Shown: one piece after another, positions 13,629 through 23,270 of the stretch | Position numbering within the stretch: the first letter of the stretch is position 1 | Layout of the letters: each line of letters opens with the position of its first letter | Assembly: GCA_040877685.1 (NCBI GenBank) | Contig: JBBDNF010000013.1 | Location: 21,886 to 53,885, forward strand | DNA length: 32,000 bases | Reading direction: 5' to 3' | Source of the DNA: Nitrosopumilaceae archaeon | GTDB lineage: Archaea > Thermoproteota > Nitrososphaeria > Nitrososphaerales > Nitrosopumilaceae | Program-made: the position numbers and the translations under genes | Notes under the pieces: model-generated | Database searches by the model: none | The model's input: the letters and a program-made list of their open reading frames with translations, nothing else | What the model was told of the DNA's origin: nothing

Positions 13629-15148
13629 TAGTCCATCAGCAAGTCTTTTTGAATTAGTCCTTGCGTTGATTCGGCTGCAATCTCTTTGAACTTGCTAGAC
13701 TCGGACCATTCAGACACTGCATTTAGATCAGAGCCAATAGTTTTCCCTTTGACCTCATCAACATGAACAATTGATGGCAGGTTTACCCACTGACCAACAA
13801 GAACTGCATCCCCTATGTTCAAAGAGGATAGTTGAGTAAGAAGGTCTTTGCTAAGGGACTCTGCTGCTGAGGCAATTTGTTGTTGATCATCATCCTGTAC
13901 TATCTTCATTATGGCAAGTGAACCCATTTGGCTGAGAACATTTGGGTCTATGTTTCGTGGCCTTTGTGAAACGATGCCAAGACCGATTCCAAACTTTCTG
14001 CCTTCCCTTGCAACTTTTGATGCCCAGTATTTAGTATCGGTGTGCTCTCCTTTTGGGATAAAAACATGAGCCTCTTCAATTATTACAAAAATTGGAGCTA
14101 AAAATTTATTGTTCTTGCCGGAAATCTTTCTTCCTTTTTTTGCCCAGTAAGAATCCTTTCTGTCATTTAGCAACTCTTGCAAATAGTAAGAGAGGCCAAC
14201 ATTTGCCTGCCTTTCGCTTAGCTCTGCAACGCTTAGAACATTTACTCTTCCTTCTTTTATCAAATCTACAGGATCACCACAGTCAGGATCCAAAATGTCA
14301 GAGAATCTATGCTTTGCATCATCGATCTTATCCAATACTCGGCTTGCACTGTCTGCATATCCTTTTGTGGTATGGCCAAATGCAGATACGCCATCTTCAA
14401 GTGCTGCCCAGAAGTCTTTTGCCTGCCTGACAGATTGAGTAAATGATTCACGTAGAACTCTTTGCTGTTTGTCTGCATTTTCCCTAAGCTCAATCACTTC
14501 GGCAAGCTTGTCTGCCTGCAACAGTCTTGGGTTTATCTTAGCGTCTGTTACGCTAATTTTTTGCACATTTAGGTTTGTGTAGTCGTTGTGGTAATCAAAA
14601 ATTATAAGAGTGCCCTGCAGCGTTGCCACATGCTTTGCAATTAGTGACACAAGGTTACTTTTTCCCATCCCAGTCATGGCAAGTATGCCTATGTGCCTTG
14701 AGACAATCTTGTTGAGGTTTATTTTTGCTTCAATTTCCGAGTTTCTAAGAAGTGAGCCTATTCTAATCCATTCCTTTTCTTTTGGCGCAAAAATTATTCC
14801 AAGGTCGCTTTCTGTAGCTTCAAGTATAGTGGTACCAGGCAAAGGTGGTATCGCTGGTACAATTGGCTGACCTTTTTGCAGCTTGTCTAAAAATCCAAGA
14901 ATTCCAATTTTCACTTTGTAGTTTTTGTCACGAATGTTTAGCTCAGCAACTTCCTTGCTTTCCATGGCCTCGTCAAAGTTTCGTACATCTGAAAGTGCAT
15001 CACTTGAAATTATTGATCGTTCCACCAAGCCAAGAAGCTTTCCGTTTTGCGAATCCACGATAACATATTCACCAACAGAAAGTGGGCGCGATGATTGTGC
15101 AGTTACTTCGGTTGGTTTTGCTTCACCAATTACAACTCCGATGTTCAT
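13628..15148 (-). CDS. herA: HerA hexameric DNA helicase/translocase (FtsK-HerA superfamily)
   Basis: It has an N-terminal HAS-barrel-like segment, Walker A 'TGMGKSN' and Walker B 'VIIEEAH', and sits in the operon with mre11, rad50 and nurA. Confidence 0.88.
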   Translation of the reverse strand: MNIGVVIGEAKPTEVTAQSSRPLSVGEYVIVDSQNGKLLGLVERSIISSDALSDVRNFDEAMESKEVAELNIRDKNYKVKIGILGFLDKLQKGQPIVPAIPPLPGTTILEATESDLGIIFAPKEKEWIRIGSLLRNSEIEAKINLNKIVSRHIGILAMTGMGKSNLVSLIAKHVATLQGTLIIFDYHNDYTNLNVQKISVTDAKINPRLLQADKLAEVIELRENADKQQRVLRESFTQSVRQAKDFWAALEDGVSAFGHTTKGYADSASRVLDKIDDAKHRFSDILDPDCGDPVDLIKEGRVNVLSVAELSERQANVGLSYYLQELLNDRKDSYWAKKGRKISGKNNKFLAPIFVIIEEAHVFIPKGEHTDTKYWASKVAREGRKFGIGLGIVSQRPRNIDPNVLSQMGSLAIMKIVQDDDQQQIASAAESLSKDLLTQLSSLNIGDAVLVGQWVNLPSIVHVDEVKGKTIGSDLNAVSEWSESSKFKEIAAESTQGLIQKDLLMD

Positions 15149-15990
15149 TCAAGTACCTCCCTTGAACCAACTTCGTTTCCAAGACCATAAAGACTAACCA
15201 GTCTTGCCAGATCAGTGTGAGTTATCTTACAGTTGTTGTGTGCAAGCTTTAATGCATAAGGATACCCAGAAACGCTGTTTTTACAAAGCTTATCCAAAAG
15301 CGATTTTATTTCAGATTCGTTATGTTCACAACCTAAAAGTTCAATTTTTATCAGTGGCGTGGAATCGCTCAGTCTTGTATAGACCGAGGAGATAACTTTT
15401 CCTGGCCCGAGTTCTTTATCGACAAAAATTTTGCTAAAGCCAGACTTTTTAATTGCGTGATTATAATAGAAAATATCACCAGCCAGAGAACCGAGTTTTG
15501 AAAACTGGTTCCTTGTAACAGAGGTTTTGGATACAAAAATAACATTGTGTTTCTTTTTTATGGCTGAAGTAAGCGTTGTGGCAAGTGAGGCCTGCCTTGT
15601 CATAAATTGCGAGTAAAGTGAACCATCTAAGGCAACCAAGTCAGCCTCATCGACTGAGGCTACACAGGCATCTATTTCCATCTGGCTTGCCTGGGTGGCT
15701 AGTTCAGGATTTGGTGTACCAAGTCCTTGGCTGTGCTTTTCTGAAATCATGGTACCGTCAGATTTGACAGATACGGCGGTCACTACCCATAGCTCAAGTC
15801 CTTGGAATTTTGTACTGTTATAGCTACTGTCAATTCCCGCAATGATGGCATCCTGTTTTTGTGGGGTGTATTCCACCCAGTTGCGCCTAGCTTCTTCTAG
15901 TATTTGCTTAAATCTTTGCCCCTTTAAAATAGACAGAGTCTCTTCTCGTTTTCTAAGAGCATCAAGGTATACTGTGTTTAGCATAAGCAT
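15145..15990 (-). CDS. nurA: NurA 5'-3' nuclease
   Basis: It is about 280 aa with 'IIAGIDSS' (catalytic Asp region) and 'LVALDGSLY'. Its stop overlaps the herA start by 4 nt. The call rests largely on operon context. Confidence 0.7.
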   Translation of the reverse strand: MLMLNTVYLDALRKREETLSILKGQRFKQILEEARRNWVEYTPQKQDAIIAGIDSSYNSTKFQGLELWVVTAVSVKSDGTMISEKHSQGLGTPNPELATQASQMEIDACVASVDEADLVALDGSLYSQFMTRQASLATTLTSAIKKKHNVIFVSKTSVTRNQFSKLGSLAGDIFYYNHAIKKSGFSKIFVDKELGPGKVISSVYTRLSDSTPLIKIELLGCEHNESEIKSLLDKLCKNSVSGYPYALKLAHNNCKITHTDLARLVSLYGLGNEVGSREVLE

Positions 15991-16041
15991 CCTTTACATA
16001 CATGAATAAAATGTTTCGCGTTTAAATTTGATCAATCCAAG

Positions 16042-17649
16042 ATGATGGATAATCAATTTATTATGTCGATCGCTAGGATCAGTGTGTTTGAAAACGAAAA
16101 AACGTGGGGAAAAGCAGTAGCAAACAACTCCGCTGATGAATTTCATAAAAAATTTGATCAGGCTATAGAGATAATAAAAAAAGACTTTGGCAAAAGATAC
16201 CCCATGATTATAGGCGGAAAAGAGATTTATTCTGACAATCAATTCCAAGTAAAATCACCTGCTGACACTAGTATTGTAATAGCAAATTTTCCAATGGCAA
16301 CAAAAGAAGATACAGATCGTGCAATAGAATCAGCAAAAGAAGCCTTTTCCAAGTGGAGTGCAATTTCCTATCAAAAAAGGGTTCAGATATTTAGAGAAAC
16401 TGCAGGTATTTTTTCTGCAGACAAGTTCAAGCTTGCGGCCATAATGACCTTTGAGAACGGCAAAAGCAGACTAGAGGCAATGGGTGACGTGGATGAGGCG
16501 ATAGATTTTTTGAGATTTTATGCAGACCAGTTTGAACTTAATGAGGGATATTCTAAGGAGACAAAAAACGCCAATCCAAATGAAAAGACGAGAAGCGTAC
16601 TCAAACCATACGGTGTCTGGGGAATAATATCACCGTTCAATTTTCCTTCTGCCATAGCAATTGGAATGACTTCGGGTGCTCTTTTAACTGGAAACTGTGC
16701 AGTACTAAAACCAGCAAGTGACACCCCCCTTTCAGCATACAAGTTTGTAGAAGCAATATATCACAAGCTTCCCCCCGCAACTCTAAACTTTGTCACTGGT
16801 GCTGGAAGTGTTGTTGGAAAAGCAATACTTGAAAGTCCCCTAGTTGATGGAATAGCCTTTACCGGTTCAAGAGATGTTGGCATATCAGGATTTCGAAATT
16901 TTATTGAAAAAATTCCACGTCCATTTATTTCAGAGATGGGCGGAAAGAATCCTGTCATAATTACAGAAACGGCAGACCTTGAAAAAGCTACAGAAGGAGT
17001 GATAAAGTCCTCTTTTGGTTATGGTGGACAGAAATGCAGTGCCTGCTCTAGAGTATACGTGCAAAAAAAAGTTGCAAGTCAGTTCATGGAAAAGCTGGTA
17101 ACAAAAGCAAAATCACTCAAGATAGGAAAGCCGTGGGAAAAAGATGTCTTCCTTGGACCCATAATCAATGAAGCTGCATTAAAAAAGTTTGAGAAAGCTG
17201 CAGAGCTTGCTAAAAAGGATGGCAAGATAGTTTTTGGCGGTAAAGTATTGAAAGATTATGATTATCAAAAAGGATATTTTGCTGAACCTACAATTGTTAC
17301 AGGTTTACCGCAAGAGCACGATCTTGTCAGAGAGGAATTGTTTTTGCCTTTTGTTTGCATCTCCGAGTTTGAAAACTTTGATGAAGCGATTAAACTTGCA
17401 AACAAAACAAAGTACGGCCTTACAGCTGGAATATTTAGTCAGAACAAAGATGAGGTTGAGACATTCTTTAACAAAATTGAGGCCGGTGTTACCTATGCAA
17501 ACAGGGCAGCAAGTGCAACTACAGGTGCGATGGTTGGTGCTCAACCATTTGTTGGTTGGAAAGAGTCTGGGATTTCAGGAAAGGGAGCAGGCGGGGTCTA
17601 TTACTTGCTTCAGTTCATGAGAGAGCAAACTCAGACCCGATGTGAGTGA
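16042..17649 (+). CDS. 1-pyrroline-5-carboxylate dehydrogenase (aldehyde dehydrogenase family)
   Basis: It has the ALDH motifs 'SEMGGKNP' (catalytic Glu) and 'FGYGGQKCSACSR' (catalytic Cys) and a RocA/PruA-like N-terminus. It is convergent with proline dehydrogenase. Confidence 0.85.
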   Translation: MMDNQFIMSIARISVFENEKTWGKAVANNSADEFHKKFDQAIEIIKKDFGKRYPMIIGGKEIYSDNQFQVKSPADTSIVIANFPMATKEDTDRAIESAKEAFSKWSAISYQKRVQIFRETAGIFSADKFKLAAIMTFENGKSRLEAMGDVDEAIDFLRFYADQFELNEGYSKETKNANPNEKTRSVLKPYGVWGIISPFNFPSAIAIGMTSGALLTGNCAVLKPASDTPLSAYKFVEAIYHKLPPATLNFVTGAGSVVGKAILESPLVDGIAFTGSRDVGISGFRNFIEKIPRPFISEMGGKNPVIITETADLEKATEGVIKSSFGYGGQKCSACSRVYVQKKVASQFMEKLVTKAKSLKIGKPWEKDVFLGPIINEAALKKFEKAAELAKKDGKIVFGGKVLKDYDYQKGYFAEPTIVTGLPQEHDLVREELFLPFVCISEFENFDEAIKLANKTKYGLTAGIFSQNKDEVETFFNKIEAGVTYANRAASATTGAMVGAQPFVGWKESGISGKGAGGVYYLLQFMREQTQTRCE

Positions 17650-18506
17650 ATATATGAACTGCCCAAAAGCAGAATGTTTCGTTTTCTTTCCTTTAGTCTT
17701 CTGATAGAATATGGCAGCCAGTTTGTGCCATACGGAATGTATTCTGCTATTGAAAATCCGCTTTGCAAAAGATCCAGTTTTAGCTCATCACGAATTCCTT
17801 TTAGCATCTGAAACTCGAATTTTTTTTCATATTTCTTTGAAAGTTTGATTGCTTGCTCTATCATATTAGAATCATGTGTAGCAATTCCAAACTCATTTCC
17901 CTTTAGAAAAAGTATCTCCATTAAAGCTCGATAGTTTTGATCTACTTGTTTTCTTGATTGAAATGCAATTTCTTTATTTTCACGATATGCACCCTTGACG
18001 AGTCGTATCTTTGCGCCTTTCTCTAAAAGTTTCATCAAGTCCCTCTTTGAGCGCCTAAGGTTTGCCTGTAAAGCGAGCCCTAATCTTTCATACTTACCAA
18101 ACAAGTCAAGATAGATTCCAATGGTGTCATCTGTGTGTTCAGATGACTCCATATCAATCCACACAAATGCCTGCGACAAGGCTACTTTTTCTATTATGAT
18201 GTTATAATTCTGCAAACATTCGGTTTTACTTCGAGAGAGACCAAGCTGGGTGGGTTTGGCAGATATACCACCTTCTATCCCAGCTTTTCTTAAACTAGAA
18301 ACAATCTTTACGTATTCTTTTACTGTGTTTTCAATCTGAGTTTTGGATGTGAGGTGTTCGCCAAGTTTGTTTATGATTGCGTCCATTCCTTTCTCGTATG
18401 CAAGACGTGCGGATTCCAGCGCCTGATCCATGGTATCCCCGGCTATCCACTGCTTTGCTATTCTAAAGAGAAACTTTTCCATCAGTCCCGACTTTGTAGA
18501 ATTCAT
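17631..18506 (-). CDS. Proline dehydrogenase (monofunctional PutA-like)
   Basis: It has a PRODH barrel-like profile: 'WIAGDTMDQAL', 'INKLGEH', 'IRLVKGAY' and 'ATHD'. The start is set at ATG 18506 because the track start (18548) is TTG. Its 3' end overlaps the P5CDH 3' end by 19 nt. Confidence 0.8.
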   Translation of the reverse strand: MNSTKSGLMEKFLFRIAKQWIAGDTMDQALESARLAYEKGMDAIINKLGEHLTSKTQIENTVKEYVKIVSSLRKAGIEGGISAKPTQLGLSRSKTECLQNYNIIIEKVALSQAFVWIDMESSEHTDDTIGIYLDLFGKYERLGLALQANLRRSKRDLMKLLEKGAKIRLVKGAYRENKEIAFQSRKQVDQNYRALMEILFLKGNEFGIATHDSNMIEQAIKLSKKYEKKFEFQMLKGIRDELKLDLLQSGFSIAEYIPYGTNWLPYSIRRLKERKRNILLLGSSYIHSHRV

Positions 18507-18600
18507 TTTCAAAACACTTTTTTCCTTGTAATCACAATATCTGATCAAAACTTGCTTAAAGTTATAGCTTTAACAAGGGCAAATTACAAAGCTGATCGGC

Positions 18601-19419
18601 TTGAAAAGAATAGGACTGTTAGGGTGTGGTGCAATTGGAACAGAAATTGCTCTTGCAATTGACTCTGAAAAGATTCCCGCTAAACTTACCCATCTGTTTG
18701 ACTTTTCAAAAGATGCTTCAAAAAAGCTTGCGGATAAGCTGAGAAACAAACCTCAGATAACAGAAAATGTAGGACTACTTGCAGCTGCTCCAGTAGATAT
18801 TATAGTAGAAGCTGCATCACAAGACGCAGTACGTGATAACGTACTTGCTATTCTGCAAAACAGAAAGGACTTGATGATTATGAGTGTCGGCGCACTTTTA
18901 GACGAGTCTATCTTAGATATCATTCTGGCAGGTTGCCAAGATTTTAAAAAATCCGTGTATCTTCCTTCTGGCGCAATACTTGGTCTTGATGGTATAAGAG
19001 CTGTAAAAGATGAATTAGAGTCAGTCACTTTGGTGACTACAAAGAATCCAAGCGCACTAAAGGGCGCCAAGTTCTTTGAAACTTCAAACATAGATCCTGA
19101 CAGGATTGAAAAATCGACAACAATTTTTGATGGTAATGCCCAAGATGCAGTAAAACTCTTTCCTGCAAATATCAATGTGGCCGCGCTTCTAAGCTTGGCA
19201 GGGCTTGGGGGTACAAAAACCAAGGTAAGAATAGTTGCAGATCCAAAAACTGACAAAAACATTCATGAGATAATAGCGGAAGGCAGGTTTGGCAAATTTT
19301 CAATCAAGGTTGAAAATGTACCAAGCAGTAGCAACCCAAAAACAAGCAGGCTTGCTATTTTGTCCGCAATAGAGTGTCTGAGGGCGGTTTGTCAGCAAGA
19401 CATCAGAGTTGGAACATAA
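18601..19419 (+). CDS. nadX: L-aspartate dehydrogenase NadX
   Basis: It has the N-terminal Rossmann 'RIGLLGCGAIG', the family C-terminal domain ('NINVAALLSLAG', 'ADP....N.HEI') and adjacency to nadA. The start is TTG. Confidence 0.85.
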   Translation: MKRIGLLGCGAIGTEIALAIDSEKIPAKLTHLFDFSKDASKKLADKLRNKPQITENVGLLAAAPVDIIVEAASQDAVRDNVLAILQNRKDLMIMSVGALLDESILDIILAGCQDFKKSVYLPSGAILGLDGIRAVKDELESVTLVTTKNPSALKGAKFFETSNIDPDRIEKSTTIFDGNAQDAVKLFPANINVAALLSLAGLGGTKTKVRIVADPKTDKNIHEIIAEGRFGKFSIKVENVPSSSNPKTSRLAILSAIECLRAVCQQDIRVGT

Positions 19420-19515
19420 AATGGCAAATATTGCCGGGCTTAGGCAATATGCCGTAAAATCTGCCCATCACCTTATGCTTTAAATGCGAATTACTACCGA
19501 TTTTATTTTGTATAG

Positions 19516-20454
19516 ATGAATTTAAAGTCAGAAATTTTGCGGCTTAAAAAAGAGAAGGACGTTCTCATTTTAGCTCATAACTATCAGCTTCCTGAAGTAC
19601 AGGATGTTGCCGACTTTGTAGGCGACTCCTTAGGACTTGCAAGGCAAGCTGCAAAGACAAGTCAGAAGACAGTTTTGTTTTGTGGCGTTCACTTTATGGC
19701 AGAGACTGCGGCAATTACATGTCCTGATAAAAAAATACTCATCCCAGATTTGGCAGCTGGTTGTTCGCTTTCAGATACAATAACAGCAGACGAGCTTAGA
19801 AAGTGGAAAAGCGAACATCCTAATGCCATAACTGTTGGTTATGTAAATACAACAGCGGCAGTAAAGGCGGAGCTTGACTATTGTTGTACCTCTTCAAACG
19901 CAGTAAATGTAGTCAAATCTATTCCAGAAGACAAAGAGATTCTCTTTTTGCCAGACATGTTCTTGGGATCATATGTAGCGAAGATAACAAACAGAAAGAA
20001 CATGTTTATCTGGGCAGGTGAGTGCCACGTGCATGCCGGGATAAGATCTCAAGACGTGCAAGAAAAGCTAAACCAGTACGCAGGGGCAGAGTTTCTTGTA
20101 CATCCAGAGTGCAGTTGTACCTCTTCACTTATGTATGATGTTGTGTCAGGCGATTATGGAAACCGTCAGGTTCAGATTCTTTCTACGGAGGGTATGATGA
20201 ATTATGCAAGAAACTCAGAGGCAAAAAAGTTTGTTGTAGCAACAGAGACTGGCATTCTTTACAGGATGAGACAACAGAATCCACAAAAAGAATTCATCCC
20301 CGTTTCAGAAAATGCAGTATGTCAGTACATGAAAATGATAACACTTGACAAGGTATATGCCTCATTAAAAGAGAACAAGTACGAAGTCAAGGTTCCAAAA
20401 AAGATTGCTCAGAAGGCACAGCTTGCAATAGAGCGCATGCTTGCAATCAGTTAA
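19516..20454 (+). CDS. nadA: Quinolinate synthase NadA
   Basis: 'ILAHNYQ', 'VADFVGDSL', 'FCGVHFMAE', 'HPEC' and three-fold repeat architecture. 'tttaaat' at 19479-19485 lies upstream. Confidence 0.93.
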   Translation: MNLKSEILRLKKEKDVLILAHNYQLPEVQDVADFVGDSLGLARQAAKTSQKTVLFCGVHFMAETAAITCPDKKILIPDLAAGCSLSDTITADELRKWKSEHPNAITVGYVNTTAAVKAELDYCCTSSNAVNVVKSIPEDKEILFLPDMFLGSYVAKITNRKNMFIWAGECHVHAGIRSQDVQEKLNQYAGAEFLVHPECSCTSSLMYDVVSGDYGNRQVQILSTEGMMNYARNSEAKKFVVATETGILYRMRQQNPQKEFIPVSENAVCQYMKMITLDKVYASLKENKYEVKVPKKIAQKAQLAIERMLAIS

Positions 20455-21274
20455 CTTCCAAACTCAGATCCAAACCAGTAACGGAATTAGTAATCCTTCC
20501 AACTGATATCATATCAATTTCCGTTCTTGCATAGGACTGAATGTTGGTACTATTAATGCCGCCAGATGCTTCAATCCTTACTTTATTTCGCAGTCGCAGT
20601 TTTTTTAAGGTGCCAACAATCTTTGAAATTTCCTTTGGAGAAAGATTGTCAAGCATTATTATTGAGGCTCCAGCGTGTGCAGCCACAATTGCGTCTCTAA
20701 GATTTTCAACTTCGACTTCGATTGTTTTGTATTTTTTTCGTGCCTTTTTTATTAATTCATATATAGAACCTGCGACTGCGATATGATTGTCCTTTATCAT
20801 AACCATTTGATCAAGCGAAATTCTATGTTTGTGTCCTCCACCAATTTCAACAGCCTCCTTGTCAAAGAGACGCAATCCAGGTGCAGTCTTTCTTGTGGAA
20901 TAGAGTTCGACTTTAGGATTTGCCATTTTGATCTTTTTTACCAAGGCGTTAGTTTGGGTCGCGATTCCACTCATCCTAGATAGAAGATTAAGTGCAGTTC
21001 TTTCACAAGACAATACAGCCTGTGCCGAGCCTGAAATGGTCATTATTTTCTGGTTTGGTTGAATTTTAAAACCATCCTTTTTTAGAATTTTTACTTTGCA
21101 TCCCTTTGAGGTAAAGATGTGTTTTGCATATTGTACTCCAGCTAAAATGCCCTTTTCTTGTGATATTATGCTTGCAGTGATTTTCTTTCTTGGCAAAAGG
21201 TTGCTAGTAATGTCGCCTTTTCCAATATCCTCAGCTAAAAAAGTTGCAAGCGTTTTTTTTGCACGTAAATGCAA
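20447..21274 (-). CDS. nadC: Nicotinate-nucleotide pyrophosphorylase (carboxylating) NadC
   Basis: 'ERTALNLL', 'TRKT.PGLR', 'GGG..HR..L.D..MIKDNH' and 'IMLDN'. It is convergent with nadA, with an 8-nt overlap. Confidence 0.92.
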   Translation of the reverse strand: MHLRAKKTLATFLAEDIGKGDITSNLLPRKKITASIISQEKGILAGVQYAKHIFTSKGCKVKILKKDGFKIQPNQKIMTISGSAQAVLSCERTALNLLSRMSGIATQTNALVKKIKMANPKVELYSTRKTAPGLRLFDKEAVEIGGGHKHRISLDQMVMIKDNHIAVAGSIYELIKKARKKYKTIEVEVENLRDAIVAAHAGASIIMLDNLSPKEISKIVGTLKKLRLRNKVRIEASGGINSTNIQSYARTEIDMISVGRITNSVTGLDLSLEVN

Positions 21275-21275
21275 T

Positions 21276-21464
21276 CTAGGTTACCTTAAGTGCGTACTTG
21301 CCCTTTTCAGTTATTCCTAAAGCCTTGGCAACAACAGAATTTATCGGATCTACCACAAGAATAGAACCACGCCAATCTGGAGTCAGATCGGATGACTTGC
21401 ATACAGGACAGACCTTTCCTATAGTGACAAATTTACATTTTCTGCATGCCATCTCTTTTACCAT
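21276..21464 (-). CDS. spt4: Transcription elongation factor Spt4 (RNAP subunit E-double-prime)
   Basis: It is 62 aa with the zinc ribbon 'CRKC...CPVC' then 'W.G...V.DP..S..A' and lies immediately downstream of rpo7. Confidence 0.88.
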   Translation of the reverse strand: MVKEMACRKCKFVTIGKVCPVCKSSDLTPDWRGSILVVDPINSVVAKALGITEKGKYALKVT

Positions 21465-21471
21465 GTTACTT

Positions 21472-22068
21472 TCACTTTGCTTCTACTGTCTTTTTGGTTT
21501 TTTCAGCTGGTACAGGAGGCGCTTTGGCTTTCTTTATTTCTTCAGCAATCCATTCATCTGCACCAAGGAAGGGTTGTCTGCATGTGATACCAATCTTCAT
21601 TGCTGCTGTCTTTCCAAGAGATACTGCAGTAACTCTTGCACGAAGTGTAGAACCAATTTTCAAAGTTCTGCCACTCTGGTTTGCCAAGATCATGCCTGAC
21701 TTTACATCGCTTTTTAGATAATCATCCATGATTTGGGAAAGATGCAAGAGTGCATCAGTGGCACCAATTCTTACAAATGCACCGAAGTCAGTAATTTCTA
21801 CAATTTCTCCTCTTACTATTTCCTGAAGTTTTGGATAAAATGTGAGTGCTGAAAATTCTACTTTATGATATGTTCCCCCATCACCAGAAACTATTTTCCC
21901 CATGTTTTCAACTTTGGTGTCAAGTATCATAATCACGTAACCTAGCTCCTGATTTATCATGCTCTCGTATTTTTCTCTCAGGATAGTGATTGAAGCTTTC
22001 TTTAGAGATTCGCCAAACAGTTTTGGCGGAATCCTGACTACATCAGTAAGGGTTGCTATAGAAAACAT
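21472..22068 (-). CDS. rpoE: DNA-directed RNA polymerase subunit Rpo7 (E-prime)
   Basis: It has the N-terminal 'MF....L.D.VRIPP..FG' and a central S1 domain 'GEIVEITDFGAFVRIG'. It is followed by spt4. Confidence 0.9.
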   Translation of the reverse strand: MFSIATLTDVVRIPPKLFGESLKKASITILREKYESMINQELGYVIMILDTKVENMGKIVSGDGGTYHKVEFSALTFYPKLQEIVRGEIVEITDFGAFVRIGATDALLHLSQIMDDYLKSDVKSGMILANQSGRTLKIGSTLRARVTAVSLGKTAAMKIGITCRQPFLGADEWIAEEIKKAKAPPVPAEKTKKTVEAK

Positions 22069-22135
22069 CTAACAAAAATTGGTAAAATTTCAATTTATGA
22101 ATCTTTGGATGATATTATTGTCATTTTTGCCTATG

Positions 22136-22144
22136 TTTAAATAA
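22136..22144 (+). promoter_or_regulatory. TATA box ('tttaaataa') for the Mrp/NBP35 gene
   Basis: The box is centred 26 nt upstream of ATG 22166. Confidence 0.35.
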
Positions 22145-22165
22145 TGTAGGTGGATTTTTTATAAT

Positions 22166-23245
22166 ATGGTTGCAGTAGACGAGGTTCTAAAAACTCTTAG
22201 TACTGTAATAGATCCAGATCTCAAAAAAGACATTGTGTCTATGGGGATGATAAAGGATCTTGAGATAACCGGAAATGATCTCAAGTTTACACTAGAGCTA
22301 ACCACACCTGCTTGTCCTTTCAATGATCAAATAGAAGAGGATGTTAGAAAAGCAATCAAAACTATTCCAAGCATTTCAAATTTTGACATGAAAGTGACTG
22401 CCAAAGTCATGGAAGGACGTGCACTAAGTATGGATGAAATGATGCCAACTGTCAAAAACATCATAGGAGTTGCTAGCGGAAAAGGCGGAGTCGGAAAGAC
22501 TACTGTATCTGTCAATATCGCATTGGCTTTGGCACAATCTGGTGCAAAAGTCGGCCTGCTTGATGCAGACATCTATGGTCCAAGTGTTCCTTTGATGCTT
22601 GGAATGGGAAAGGCTGCAATGGAAGTAGAAAACAACAAGCTGCAGCCTGTCGAATCACATGGGCTCAAAGTAGTTTCATTTGGATTCTTTGCAGAACAAG
22701 AGCATCAAGCCGCAATATATCGAGGTCCCATCATATCAGGAATTGTAAAGCAATTCCTTGTAGATACAAACTGGAGTGATTTAGATTATCTTATTGTAGA
22801 CTTACCACCTGGTACAGGTGACATACCGTTAACTTTGGCTCAAACCATTCCAATTACTGGCATCTTAGTTATCACAACACCGCAGGATGTAGCAAGCAAC
22901 ATTGCTGTAAAAGCATTTGGAATGTTTCAAAAATTAAATATCCCAATTATTGGTATTATAGAAAACATGAGCTACTTCAGGTGTCCTGACTGCAACAAAG
23001 ACCACCATCTCTTTGGCAAGGGTGGCGCAAAGAAGATTAGCGAGAAGTACAACATTCCATTCCTTGGTGAGATTCCTCTAAACCCTGGGATCATGGAAGG
23101 CTCTGACACAGGCAAACCTGTTTTAGTTACAGACCCCAAGTCTGCACATGCCGAAGCCTTTACTTCCGCTGCAAAAAATGTGGCAGCAAGATGTAGTATA
23201 CTTGCAGCGCAGATGAAAGAAGAGATGGCTGAAGTAGCTACATAA
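22166..23245 (+). CDS. Mrp/NBP35 (ApbC-type) Fe-S cluster carrier ATPase with N-terminal MIP18/DUF59 domain
   Basis: It has DUF59 'VIDPDLKKDIVSMGMI', the deviant Walker A 'SGKGGVGKTT' and the cluster-bridging 'CPDC'. Confidence 0.9.
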   Translation: MVAVDEVLKTLSTVIDPDLKKDIVSMGMIKDLEITGNDLKFTLELTTPACPFNDQIEEDVRKAIKTIPSISNFDMKVTAKVMEGRALSMDEMMPTVKNIIGVASGKGGVGKTTVSVNIALALAQSGAKVGLLDADIYGPSVPLMLGMGKAAMEVENNKLQPVESHGLKVVSFGFFAEQEHQAAIYRGPIISGIVKQFLVDTNWSDLDYLIVDLPPGTGDIPLTLAQTIPITGILVITTPQDVASNIAVKAFGMFQKLNIPIIGIIENMSYFRCPDCNKDHHLFGKGGAKKISEKYNIPFLGEIPLNPGIMEGSDTGKPVLVTDPKSAHAEAFTSAAKNVAARCSILAAQMKEEMAEVAT

Positions 23246-23270
23246 AAATAGTTTAAAACAAAGAGACATT

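Noticed and set aside
18753-19262. 169-aa minus-strand ORF inside nadX
   Set aside because: It is a shadow ORF opposite a confidently identified aspartate dehydrogenase. It has no motifs and no promoter-like box.
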